In this document: one piece after another, positions 28,632 through 38,223 of the stretch
Layout: every line of letters begins with the position of its first letter
Position numbering within the stretch: position 1 is the stretch's first letter
Assembly: GCA_037305845.1 (NCBI GenBank)
Contig: CP147778.1
Coordinates: 2,784,001-2,848,000 of the forward strand
From: Candidatus Freyarchaeum deiterrae
GTDB lineage: Archaea > Asgardarchaeota > Jordiarchaeia > Jordiarchaeales > Jordiarchaeaceae
Direction: 5' to 3'
DNA length: 64,000 bases
Position numbers and translations under genes: made by a program
Notes under the pieces: model-generated
What the model was told of the DNA's origin: nothing
Database searches by the model: none
Seen by the model: the letters and a program-made list of their open reading frames with translations, nothing else

Positions 28632-31600
28632 TTGAAGCACAAAAAGATATTACTAAGCCTCATAATAATCGCCTCACTACTAACAGGAATACTAGTAACA
28701 ACACTTCTACAACCACAGCAAACCTCACCACTCATACCACCAACAGGAACAACACCAATACAGATGGCGAAAACACCAACTATATCTAGCCTCACACAAG
28801 AAAATTTAACATTATATCCTTCAGCCCTACATAACTCGACTAACGCAATAGCAATAGATTCTTTTAGCCAACAATTCTTCAGCCTGTCCACTCCAAGTAA
28901 CTCATACATCGCCGCGACAGCTGCTTTAATACAATCACACGTTGCTCAACAGGCTCCAAACACCCAAACAAACATATCCGACACAACGATTTCCACAATA
29001 CTAAAAGTTCCATTTTCCCAAATGTGGAACCAAACCATAGGCGGTACAATTGTTCTCATAGCGATTAACGATCCGAGGGCACAAATTGATGCTATCAACT
29101 ATGCAACCCAGCTTTTCAACTCATTCCAATCAGCACTAAAGACTTTTGGAATAAGTGTCCAAGCAAATGGCAGCGCCTACATAATCTACCCCCCAGATTC
29201 GCCCACAGACACCATAGGGGGCGTTGTGAAGTTTACCACACTTAACAGTTCAACCACAGTTTATAATATTTTGAACGGAATCATCCCAGCTGGCACCTTC
29301 GCAAAGACCCTAGCCAATGAGAGCTCACCAAGCCACCTCATTCAAATCATAGACGGAAAAAGCCCCCCAGTGAAAATCACTTCAGCTGTTTTAAGTGTTG
29401 GAGCTACTATTGAAGGCAAAATAGGACAGAGCGGAAGCAACTACACCTTTAGCACAAGAAACCTGCTCAACATATCACAAGGCAAAAACATAACATTACA
29501 AGCATCTCCTTGTGGGATCAATATCACGCTTCCAACCGGCAGCAACATCACAAACAAATACCCCTCAACAGCAAATATTACAACAACGCCACCCTCCATA
29601 TCTTACGGTATAAGTACGGGGACTCTTAATATCACGGATCTTAACGTTACATACAAAGTTCTTACACAAGAAAGTTTAACAGAATGGCCTTCAGCCCTAC
29701 CGACTGACGCAGTAGCGATGGACAATTTTAACGAAACCTTCTTCAACCTGCCCACCCTAAGTGGCCAATACATCACCAAGACATTTGCTTTTATACAACC
29801 ACACTTTGCTCAACAGACTCAAAATAACCAAACAAACATATTCAACACAATGATTCCCCTAAAACAACTAAATGTTTCAATTTCCCAAATGTGGAACCAA
29901 ACCATAGGCGGCGCAATTGTTTTTATAAATAGTTCCGATCCTAACGCAAGTATTGATGCCATCAGCAATGCAACCCAGCTTTTCAACGAATTCCAAGCAG
30001 AACTAAGCACTTTTGGAATAATTGCCCAAGCAAATGGCAACGCCTACTCAGCAAATAGCTCGCTCTTCCCAGGCACCATACTGGGCATTCAGTGGTTTGC
30101 CACACTTAACAGCTCAGCCACGGTTTATAGTATTTTGAACGGAATCATCCCAGCTAACACCTTCGCAAAGACCATAGCCGGCGAGAGTTCACCAAGCCAC
30201 CTCATTCAAATCGCAGATGAAATGAATAACATGACGGGAAACGTTTCACAAAATTCTTGGTTAAGTGTTGGAGCTACTATTGCTGGCCAAATAGGACAGA
30301 GCGGAATCAACTCCACCTTCAGCACAAGAACCCTGCTCAACATATCACCAGGCAGCAACATAACATCACAAGCACCTTCTAGTTACATCAATATCACGCT
30401 TCCAACCGGCAGCAACATCACAAACAAATACCCCCCAACAGCAAGTAATACAACAACGCCACCCTCCATATCTTACGGTAGTAGTACGGGGACTCTTAAT
30501 ATCACGGATGTTAACGTTACATACACCCTGCCCCCCCCACCTTCTGTTACTATTACTTATCCTAATACAACTATTGTTAATGCCGGTACTTTCAATGTCA
30601 CCTGGTCCAGCAGCTCGCCGAACTTAGCCTACTACCTGTTTTCCATCGACGGCGTAACTCCAGTCAACGTGGGTCTAGCCACCAGCTACCCCGTTAGTGG
30701 TCTGTCTGACAGTTCTCACAGTGTGAACGTTACCGTGGTTAACCTAGCTGGTCTCTCCGGCTACAGCGTTTACTCGTTCAACGTGACGTATCCTTCTGTT
30801 ACTATTACTTACCCTAGCGATGGTTCTTGGCTTCCTTCCGGTACTTTCAACGTCACCTGGTCCAGCAGCTCGCAGGACTTAGCCTACTACCTGATTTCTG
30901 TCGACGGCAAAACTCCATTCAACGTGGGTTTAGCCACCAGCTACTCTGTTAGTGGTCTGTCTGACGGTCCTCACAATGTAAGCGTTACCGTGGTTAACCA
31001 GCATGGTCTCAACGGTTCCAGCGTTAACTCATTCCATGTGTTCTCCACTGCGCCTTCTGTTACCATTACTTACCCTAGCAGTGGTTCTTGGCTTTCTTAC
31101 GGTACTTTCACCGTCACTTGGTCCAGCAGCTCGCCGTACTTAACCTACTACCTGGTTTCTGTCGACACCAATGCTCCAGTCAACGTGAGTTCAACCACCA
31201 CCAGCCTCCTCGTTAATGGTCTGCTTGACGGTTCTCACAGTGTGAACGTTACCGCGGTTAACCTGGCCGGTCTCTCCGGCTCCAGCGTTAAATCGTTCAA
31301 CGTGTTCTCCATTACGCCTTCTGTTACTATTACTTATCCTAGCGATGGTTCTTGGCTTTCTTACGGTACTTTCACCGTCACCTGGTCCAGCAGCTCTGCG
31401 AACTTAGCCTACTACAATGTCTCTGTCGACGGCGCAGCTCCATTCAACGTGGGTTTAGCCACCAGCTACTCTGTTAGTGGTCTGTCTGACGGTCCTCACA
31501 ATGTAAGCGTTACCGCGGTTAACCTGGCTGGTCTCTCCGACTCCAGCGTTAACTACTTAGGTGTGGACACTGCTCCACCCACGGTGAGTATCACCTCGCC

Positions 31601-32054
31601 CGGCAGTGGTGTGTTTCTTAAGGATACCAGCAGTGTTACTGTGAACTGGACCGGAAGCGACGCCACCTCAGACATAGCCTACTTTGAGGTCAGTATTAAT
31701 AGCGGTGCTTGGATCAATGTGTCTGAAGATAATTTCACCTATACTTTCACCAATATCACAAACGGCAATAATACCGTGAACGTAACGGCCTTCGACCTTG
31801 CGGGTAACAGCGCCACCGCCTCAGTAACCTTCTCAGTGAGCTTACCCCAAACAGCCCTAGCATCTTCACTGATTTTAATGAGTTTGACGCCGAAGCAGAA
31901 TGTTCCACTGACTTATCTTGCTGGTGTCGCAGTGGCTATTATGGTCGCCTCTGCGGTTCTGGTGTTGAGGAGAAAATATACCGTTGTTCCCAGAGATAGA
32001 CTTACTGATCCTAGCGATAGACTTTCTGACCCTAGCGATAGACCTACTGATTGA
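28632..32054 (+). CDS. large membrane-anchored surface glycoprotein with two ~290-aa repeats and five Ig-like repeats
   Basis: N-terminal signal/TM; very S/T/N-rich with many NxS/T sequons; PSVTITYP...W..S..Y...DG...H.V.V repeats; C-terminal TM followed by RRK. Confidence 0.88.
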   Translation: MKHKKILLSLIIIASLLTGILVTTLLQPQQTSPLIPPTGTTPIQMAKTPTISSLTQENLTLYPSALHNSTNAIAIDSFSQQFFSLSTPSNSYIAATAALIQSHVAQQAPNTQTNISDTTISTILKVPFSQMWNQTIGGTIVLIAINDPRAQIDAINYATQLFNSFQSALKTFGISVQANGSAYIIYPPDSPTDTIGGVVKFTTLNSSTTVYNILNGIIPAGTFAKTLANESSPSHLIQIIDGKSPPVKITSAVLSVGATIEGKIGQSGSNYTFSTRNLLNISQGKNITLQASPCGINITLPTGSNITNKYPSTANITTTPPSISYGISTGTLNITDLNVTYKVLTQESLTEWPSALPTDAVAMDNFNETFFNLPTLSGQYITKTFAFIQPHFAQQTQNNQTNIFNTMIPLKQLNVSISQMWNQTIGGAIVFINSSDPNASIDAISNATQLFNEFQAELSTFGIIAQANGNAYSANSSLFPGTILGIQWFATLNSSATVYSILNGIIPANTFAKTIAGESSPSHLIQIADEMNNMTGNVSQNSWLSVGATIAGQIGQSGINSTFSTRTLLNISPGSNITSQAPSSYINITLPTGSNITNKYPPTASNTTTPPSISYGSSTGTLNITDVNVTYTLPPPPSVTITYPNTTIVNAGTFNVTWSSSSPNLAYYLFSIDGVTPVNVGLATSYPVSGLSDSSHSVNVTVVNLAGLSGYSVYSFNVTYPSVTITYPSDGSWLPSGTFNVTWSSSSQDLAYYLISVDGKTPFNVGLATSYSVSGLSDGPHNVSVTVVNQHGLNGSSVNSFHVFSTAPSVTITYPSSGSWLSYGTFTVTWSSSSPYLTYYLVSVDTNAPVNVSSTTTSLLVNGLLDGSHSVNVTAVNLAGLSGSSVKSFNVFSITPSVTITYPSDGSWLSYGTFTVTWSSSSANLAYYNVSVDGAAPFNVGLATSYSVSGLSDGPHNVSVTAVNLAGLSDSSVNYLGVDTAPPTVSITSPGSGVFLKDTSSVTVNWTGSDATSDIAYFEVSINSGAWINVSEDNFTYTFTNITNGNNTVNVTAFDLAGNSATASVTFSVSLPQTALASSLILMSLTPKQNVPLTYLAGVAVAIMVASAVLVLRRKYTVVPRDRLTDPSDRLSDPSDRPTD
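28791..30525 (+). repeat. two tandem ~870-bp intragenic repeats
   Basis: Units start ctcacacaagaaaatttaac (28791) and cttacacaagaaagtttaac (29661); both contain SQMWNQTIGG, ESSPSHLIQI and LPTGSNITNKYP. Confidence 0.9.
30540..31575 (+). repeat. four ~260-bp Ig-like domain repeats (a fifth divergent unit follows)
   Basis: ccttctgttac(t/c)attactta recurs near 30540, 30792, 31053 and 31317. Confidence 0.9.
31995..32051 (+). repeat. 21-bp x ~3 tandem repeat encoding the cytoplasmic tail DRLTDPS-DRLSDPS-DRPTD
   Basis: gatagacttactgatcctagc / gatagactttctgaccctagc / gatagacctactgat. Confidence 0.9.
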
Positions 32055-32106
32055 AACCAATTTTCCCCTTCTTCTTTATTTATATTCCACTTGGAAGCAA
32101 AGCGTT

Positions 32107-32799
32107 TCAAACAATGGTTTTGATGATTTTTCCGTACGGTAGAGTCATGTCGTATTCCACGTACACATTAGCCGCTAGCTTCTTAGGCTCAAGAAGGTGA
32201 ACCGGATCCTCTTTTGATTTTTTAAAATTTATTTTACCTTCCCCCGCCATCATTTTCGTGATTTCTAAAGGATTCATGGTTAAAAGAACTTTCTTCACAT
32301 CTAAACCCGAGCCGTCACCCTTAAGCATCTGCTTGAAAGTCATAATCGAAGCGTCAAAGGGCATCTCCAAGGGACTAGTGGGCTCCACGACAGCTTCTAT
32401 GAACTTGACACCCTTTCGCTCAACAGTGCCCGTAACCCTTTCCTCCTCCTGAACCACTTTGATATCCGCCATTTTCTTCGGAAAGCCCCAAATCTCCCTG
32501 CCAGCCGTTAAAGCCTCCTCCGTGGTCACCCACATGAAGGGATCGAACCATGCGGAAATATCGTCACACTTAGCCTGCACCATGAGATAAGCCTCGTTAT
32601 AGGGTCCGAGAGGTTCACACTTCGGATACTCCATAATCCCCAGCAAAGCCAGAGGCATATCGCCAATCTCGAGAACATCCGGCAAAACCTTCCTAATATT
32701 ATTAGGCTCTGTCTCGTAGATGAACAAAACGCCACGAGCACCAGGATACTTGTACGGTGGTTCGGGATACAAGGGGGCATGAATAGGAATACTCTTCAA
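32107..32799 (-). CDS. acetoacetate decarboxylase family protein
   Basis: PPY, GPYNE and GREIWGFPKK (Schiff-base Lys) motifs. Confidence 0.9.
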   Translation of the reverse strand: MKSIPIHAPLYPEPPYKYPGARGVLFIYETEPNNIRKVLPDVLEIGDMPLALLGIMEYPKCEPLGPYNEAYLMVQAKCDDISAWFDPFMWVTTEEALTAGREIWGFPKKMADIKVVQEEERVTGTVERKGVKFIEAVVEPTSPLEMPFDASIMTFKQMLKGDGSGLDVKKVLLTMNPLEITKMMAGEGKINFKKSKEDPVHLLEPKKLAANVYVEYDMTLPYGKIIKTIV

Positions 32800-32948
32800 A
32801 ACAAACCAACCTCCTCAACAAATACATCCCTTTTAATTATGGAATTGAGAATTACACATAATTAAGTTTTCGAAAGACAAACAAAAAAGGATAGGGAATT
32901 GAGTTTTAACTCTTTAAATTGCACCTTAATCCTTTATTTTTAGGATTC

Positions 32949-34118
32949 CTACTTTCTTCCAAGAATTGATACGGAGGCAACTGAACCCGGACCGCCCAAA
33001 TTGTGAGCTAGGCCCAAGACGGGATCCTTCGCCTGTCTTCCGTCCGCCCTACCCTGCAACTGTTTGGTAATTTCGACTAACATCCGGCATCCCGAAGCTC
33101 CAATGGGGTGACCGAAGCATTTGAGTCCTCCGCTGGGGTTCACCGGTAGTTCTCCGTCTATGGCGGTGACTCCGTCCCGGATTAATTCTGCGCCCTCACC
33201 TTTCTTGCAGAATCCCAAGTCTTCATAGTCAAATAGTTCCGTGCTTGTGAAGCAGTCATGCACCTCAGCTACGCTGATTTCTTTTCGAGGATCTTTTATT
33301 CCCGCCTGTGTGTAGGCTTCTTGTGCTGCCTTTTGTGTTGCGGGGAATCCCAAGTAGTCGTAGCTAGGTTTGTAATAGGGCATCACGGTTTCTACTGCGA
33401 GACCGTTTCCCTTCACCAGCACGTAGTCATCCGAGTGGTTGTACTCTTTTGCTATTTCTGGACTGCCTATTATAAGTGCTGCAGCTCCATCGCTCACCGC
33501 GCAGCAGTCCAATCTGCCAAAAGGATACGCTATCATGGGGGCGTTCAAAACTTCTTCCATCGTTACTTCTTTTCTGAAGTGAGCCTTGGGATGCTTCACA
33601 CCATTGAAATGATTCTTGACAGCTACGCGTGCCAAATCTTCTTTCGTCCATTCATATTTATGGAATGCTCTCGTGGCTGCGAGGGCGAACATTGCTGGGG
33701 CGCTCGCGTTCCCGTATACTGGGTGTCCGACGTCACTCAGTCCGGGTAGTCCTCGGGATCCGGCGTCCAAGATTTTTTCCACTCCGCATGCGAGTGCGAT
33801 ATCGTAGACACCACTAGCTACTGCGAAGCAGGCGTTCCTGAAGGCATCCATTCCTGTGGCGCAGAAGTTTTCGACCCGGGTTGCGGGTTTGCCGAACAGC
33901 TTCAGGGGTTCAACGGCTGTGCAGCCAGATATTCCGGTGAAGTAGTAGAAAACTCCTACCCATATTCCTTGGATATCTTTGGGTTCTATGCCCGCGTCGT
34001 TGTAAGCTTCGTATGCTGCGTCCACCATGAGGTCTTCCTGACTTTTGTCCCATAACTCTCCAAATTTGGTGTAGCCAACTCCCATTACAGCTACTTTGTC
34101 TTTTATGGTTCCTGGCAT
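32949..34118 (-). CDS. thiolase (archaeal/SCP2-type acetyl-CoA acetyltransferase)
   Basis: VENFCATG, SDGAAA, EVHDCF, NPSGG, GHPIGASG and HNLGG motifs. Confidence 0.93.
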   Translation of the reverse strand: MPGTIKDKVAVMGVGYTKFGELWDKSQEDLMVDAAYEAYNDAGIEPKDIQGIWVGVFYYFTGISGCTAVEPLKLFGKPATRVENFCATGMDAFRNACFAVASGVYDIALACGVEKILDAGSRGLPGLSDVGHPVYGNASAPAMFALAATRAFHKYEWTKEDLARVAVKNHFNGVKHPKAHFRKEVTMEEVLNAPMIAYPFGRLDCCAVSDGAAALIIGSPEIAKEYNHSDDYVLVKGNGLAVETVMPYYKPSYDYLGFPATQKAAQEAYTQAGIKDPRKEISVAEVHDCFTSTELFDYEDLGFCKKGEGAELIRDGVTAIDGELPVNPSGGLKCFGHPIGASGCRMLVEITKQLQGRADGRQAKDPVLGLAHNLGGPGSVASVSILGRK

Positions 34119-34177
34119 TTTTCAATTCTCCTTATCCACAATAATTATTTTCACTTTTTTATTTTATTTTGATTTGT

Positions 34178-35593
34178 TTAATTTCCTCCTCTTATCGGTC
34201 GGCATTTCCAGTAGTAGTGCTTAAAGTATGCGGATTCGTGCAGCCATCGGAACGTTAGTTCTACAGGCATGTCGATTTTTACCTCTTTGGGGTCGCAGTC
34301 GGTCATCTCAAGGAAAATTTTTCCTCCGCCGTCCAGATTTATGACTATTCGGGGTACGGGTGTTACCAGATATTCTCCACCCCCCAGATGATCCAGGGTG
34401 TATGTGAACACCTTTCCGGTTTTGGGCATTCTTACTTCTTCCCAGTTGTCTTTCGCTCCGCATTCTACGCAGACCCTCTGGATGGGGTACTGAATAGTTC
34501 CGCAGTTTTTACACTTCATTCCGTGTAGGTTTAGAATTTTGTTTTTATCTCGATAGTAGATAACGGTGCTGGTTCTTCTGGAGAATCTCTCCCTCTCCAA
34601 GAGCTGCTTGTTTCTCAAGTACTCGTTATAGTTTTTGACGGGTTTCATTGAGAATACATGTCCGGTTATTCCTCTTTTGCCCTTTGTTTGCGCAACCTTG
34701 TCCGTAGTTGTTAGTAATAGAGCGTCGGCTCCGTCTCCTACTCCAACCACAACCATTTTTTGATTGGGTTGAGCTTGTTCAAGAGCTGCTGCTAGCATCA
34801 TTAGGGCTAGTGGAGTTCCGGTGTTTCCTATCGCGAAGAACATTGAGTCTTGGACTTTCGCCGCTTCCACTCCCATTCTCTTAGCTATTTCCGCGGGTGC
34901 TCGGGGATCCGGGGAATACATGACGAGCTTCGCTATGGCTTTGGGGTCTACTTTGTACTTTTGGGCTAGCGCCATCAGGACTGCACCGACCTGGTTCGCG
35001 TAGCCGTATAGTGCGTCGTGTTTAACCTCAAATTCTCTGGTGTAGGTGTCTTTTTCTCTCCTCCACGGTCCAGTGAACTCATCCGAGACCGAGTTGAATC
35101 CGTCTATTGTGGCACCCACATCGTCTTTCGCTAATAGTACTGCTGCGGCTCCGTCTCCGTACTGGAACTCAAACATACTTTCTGGTTCCGCTATTCTGCA
35201 GTCAGCAGCTACGACGAGTATGCTCTTGGCGGCTCCGCTCTGGATAGCGTTGCAGGCCGCTATCAGGGCTGTGGTTCCCGCCCTTAGGGAGTCTGTAAAG
35301 TCTATGGTTTGAATGTCCTTTCTCATGTCCAGCGCGGCTGCTATAAGGGCCGAGCCCTGCTTCTCAGCGTAGGGTGCTGTAGTGGTAGCGAAGTATAGTC
35401 CATCAACTGTTTTCGGCTCTATTTTGTTAAGGCAGTCCCCGCCGGCTTCAACCGCCATGGTTATGCTGTCCTCATCATTATTTGCGAGGGCTTTGGACCC
35501 GGGTACTGAGGGGAAGTCCCAAGCTTTGGCGACTAAATCTCGACCTAAACTATAGAGAGGAATGTAGGCTCCACACGCCTTAATTCCAACCAT
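34178..35593 (-). CDS. HMG-CoA-synthase-like domain fused to DUF35 (Zn ribbon + OB fold)
   Basis: GAYIP, EDSITMAVEA, GDGAAA and GNTG motifs; C-terminal CKNCG..P...C..CG plus OB fold. Confidence 0.9.
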   Translation of the reverse strand: MVGIKACGAYIPLYSLGRDLVAKAWDFPSVPGSKALANNDEDSITMAVEAGGDCLNKIEPKTVDGLYFATTTAPYAEKQGSALIAAALDMRKDIQTIDFTDSLRAGTTALIAACNAIQSGAAKSILVVAADCRIAEPESMFEFQYGDGAAAVLLAKDDVGATIDGFNSVSDEFTGPWRREKDTYTREFEVKHDALYGYANQVGAVLMALAQKYKVDPKAIAKLVMYSPDPRAPAEIAKRMGVEAAKVQDSMFFAIGNTGTPLALMMLAAALEQAQPNQKMVVVGVGDGADALLLTTTDKVAQTKGKRGITGHVFSMKPVKNYNEYLRNKQLLERERFSRRTSTVIYYRDKNKILNLHGMKCKNCGTIQYPIQRVCVECGAKDNWEEVRMPKTGKVFTYTLDHLGGGEYLVTPVPRIVINLDGGGKIFLEMTDCDPKEVKIDMPVELTFRWLHESAYFKHYYWKCRPIRGGN

Positions 35594-35897
35594 ATCTCAT
35601 TTCGCCTCTCAAAATTTCAGTTCGCGAAATTAAAAACCTATGCCCTTTATTCTCTTATAGACTATAAACTATATTTTGTCTTTTTTATGCTAAAATTAGT
35701 TGCTCATATTGAAGTTTTTATAAATTTAAATTTTGTGTCACCATTAATTAAAACCTTGCACTGAATACGCCGCTTTTCTTCTACTACACTTTGGTATCAC
35801 TAAGCGCATGTTCCTTCGCAGGACAAGGTTGTTAAATAATGCGGAAAAAAAGTAGTAGGGAAAGTCTTCCCTCCAAGCGTCTTTTAGTTGACTAATT

Positions 35898-36800
35898 TTA
35901 GAGTTTTAGAGATATCGCGTATCCTGTTATGAGTTGGTTTATTAACATTTTTCGAACTAGTTCCATATATTTTTTAATGGGCTCATCGACACCGTACTTT
36001 TCTAGTAACACATTGTATACTTTATCTACGCTCTTGGTTTTTCCGTAAACGTCGACTATTATTTTCTTCCACTCTTTAGCTGTTTCTGCGGCTTTCTTCA
36101 CAACCTTTTTTGCCTTTGGTTGCTTTAGGGTACCGAAGTGTCCCATGCAAAGATACTTGAAGTCATAACCGAGTATTTTCTCCAGCGACTCGAGATACGC
36201 CTCATAGTCGAAAAGTGGAGGGAAGGAAGGCGGCAAACAAAAATCGAGTTGCTCATTATAGTTGCACACCGCGTCTCCAGCAAAAAGGGTCTTGGTTTTC
36301 GACTCGAATAACCCTATGCCCCCCGGCGTGTGTCCCGGAAGCGCCACCACCTCTAGGCTGATTTCTTCCCCGAGGTCTATCATGTCTCCCTCCTCTACTA
36401 CCTGCACGGTTTTTACTGGGGGAAACGGGCTCACGAGTCCCGCTGCCTCACCATAATATTCCTTTGATGCTTCTAGGACTTTTTCGGGGTCTCTCAGTAT
36501 TTCAGCTGTTATCTCCGAGGCTAGAACTATGGTTGTGGGCATCTTCTTTAGGAGTTCCGCGGCTCCGGCTCCGTGGTCGTAGTGTTCATGGGTTATAACA
36601 ATGGCGTTTATAATTTTTGGACTAATTTTGAATTCTTGTAGCGTATTTAGAATCTTCTCCGTGGTTTGGCTGGTTCCCGAGTCGATGAGAAATATCTTCT
36701 CACCCTTAGCCACGTAGCATGTTCCTACTCGCGGTAAACCCCATTGCTGGGTATCTATCTGGTAACAATTATCATTTATTTGAGAATCGGAATCCAACAT
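35898..36800 (-). CDS. MBL-fold metallo-hydrolase
   Basis: THEHYDH, PGHT, AGDA and GHFG motifs. Confidence 0.92.
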   Translation of the reverse strand: MLDSDSQINDNCYQIDTQQWGLPRVGTCYVAKGEKIFLIDSGTSQTTEKILNTLQEFKISPKIINAIVITHEHYDHGAGAAELLKKMPTTIVLASEITAEILRDPEKVLEASKEYYGEAAGLVSPFPPVKTVQVVEEGDMIDLGEEISLEVVALPGHTPGGIGLFESKTKTLFAGDAVCNYNEQLDFCLPPSFPPLFDYEAYLESLEKILGYDFKYLCMGHFGTLKQPKAKKVVKKAAETAKEWKKIIVDVYGKTKSVDKVYNVLLEKYGVDEPIKKYMELVRKMLINQLITGYAISLKL

Positions 36801-37002
36801 GACACAATATCTCCCACAAATTATACTCGTCTATTCTCTTCATTCTCACACCAAATTAAGATTTCTATCCGCCTATGAACTGATAACCTAAACTCTTCCT
36901 AATGTTTCAAAGGCAAATTCCCCGATCAATCGTAGAAAAAATTTGAATCAGCCTTTTATATACGTAAGACGGAGAGTGCACCATAACTCGGGTGGTGTTT
37001 TG

Positions 37003-38181
37003 TTGGCGTCGTACAATTTTTTTGATAGGGCGTCCTGTGATTTGTGTGGTCTGTGTTTAAACCAATGTCCTATAATGGAGATGCCTATAGATCAGGCGAG
37101 GGCGGAATTCAAAAAATTGGTTGACGGAGAGGAAACCGAGGTTTTAAAAAAATGCACGAGTTGCATGTCCTGCAACAACTTCTGCCCCCATTACAGCCGC
37201 CCCTACGAACTAATACTATACCGCTGGTATGAACGCTACAAGGAGAAGGGTTTACCAAAGGCAGCCAAGTTCTTTCTGCCTTACCAGTTCCCAAACTTCG
37301 GCTCAGCGCTCATGGAGCACCTTCCCGAGGATGAAAAGAAAACCGTTGAATCCTGGGCCAGGCTCAAAAAATGCGAAGAGATATTTTATCCAGGATGCAA
37401 CATGATTTTTCTCTCCTATCTCAGTTTTTCCAAAATTTTTGAAAACGTGACTTTTATGGGTTCGCAGGAACTTTGCTGCGGGGAGCCGTGGTACCGTATA
37501 GGCTTGCTGGAGACCTCCGAGCAGATCGCGAAGAAGCTGGAGAAGCAGTTACGAAATCTGGGAGTGAAGAGGATGATTATTCCCTGCTTAGCCTGCTGCA
37601 ACATGTTCAGTAATGTGTATCCCCGATTTGGTGTGAATTTTGATTTCGAAATAATTCCTCTTCTGGACTGGCTGTGGGAAAAAATAGACCAGGGAAAGCT
37701 GAAACTGAAAAGCAAATTGAATAGGACGGTAACACTTCACGATAATTGCCAAGCGAAGCCCTTCGGAAACAAATACTACGACCTATCGAGAAAAATACTC
37801 GAATCTCTAGGAGTCAAAGTCATAGAAATGGAGCACAACAAAGACAAGGCCCTCTGCTGCGGAATGGCAGCCTTCGCCGGAAGCCACAGCGTAGACGACA
37901 TACTAAACGCGGCCATGAGACGATATAAGGAGGCTGAGAACACCGGCGCCAGCGCCCTAGCATTATACTGCGGAGGATGCCAATGGGTACTCTCAATAGC
38001 GAAAACGCTAAGCCAAGGAAAAACACCAATCTTCCACATACTAGAACTAGTACAAATGGCGACGGGTGAAAACCTGGCACATAGAAACATTGAAAGAGCC
38101 CAAAAAATCTTAGAGCTGGCAATGGTTGAAGCAGCCCGAGCAGACCCCAAAGAGAGATTCTGGGCTGAAAAAATAGAATAA
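37003..38181 (+). CDS. Fe-S oxidoreductase with CCG domains (HdrD/GlpC-like)
   Basis: Two N-terminal CxxCxxCxxxCP motifs, YPGC, two CCG and HDNC; start approximate (TTG after GGTGGTG). Confidence 0.88.
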   Translation: MASYNFFDRASCDLCGLCLNQCPIMEMPIDQARAEFKKLVDGEETEVLKKCTSCMSCNNFCPHYSRPYELILYRWYERYKEKGLPKAAKFFLPYQFPNFGSALMEHLPEDEKKTVESWARLKKCEEIFYPGCNMIFLSYLSFSKIFENVTFMGSQELCCGEPWYRIGLLETSEQIAKKLEKQLRNLGVKRMIIPCLACCNMFSNVYPRFGVNFDFEIIPLLDWLWEKIDQGKLKLKSKLNRTVTLHDNCQAKPFGNKYYDLSRKILESLGVKVIEMEHNKDKALCCGMAAFAGSHSVDDILNAAMRRYKEAENTGASALALYCGGCQWVLSIAKTLSQGKTPIFHILELVQMATGENLAHRNIERAQKILELAMVEAARADPKERFWAEKIE

Positions 38182-38223
38182 AGCAAAAATGAGAAATAAG
38201 AAAGAAAGAGGAAAAAACCGGGA

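Noticed and set aside
30540-32051. Repeats considered as a CRISPR array
   Set aside because: In-frame coding repeats without unique spacers; no cas genes.
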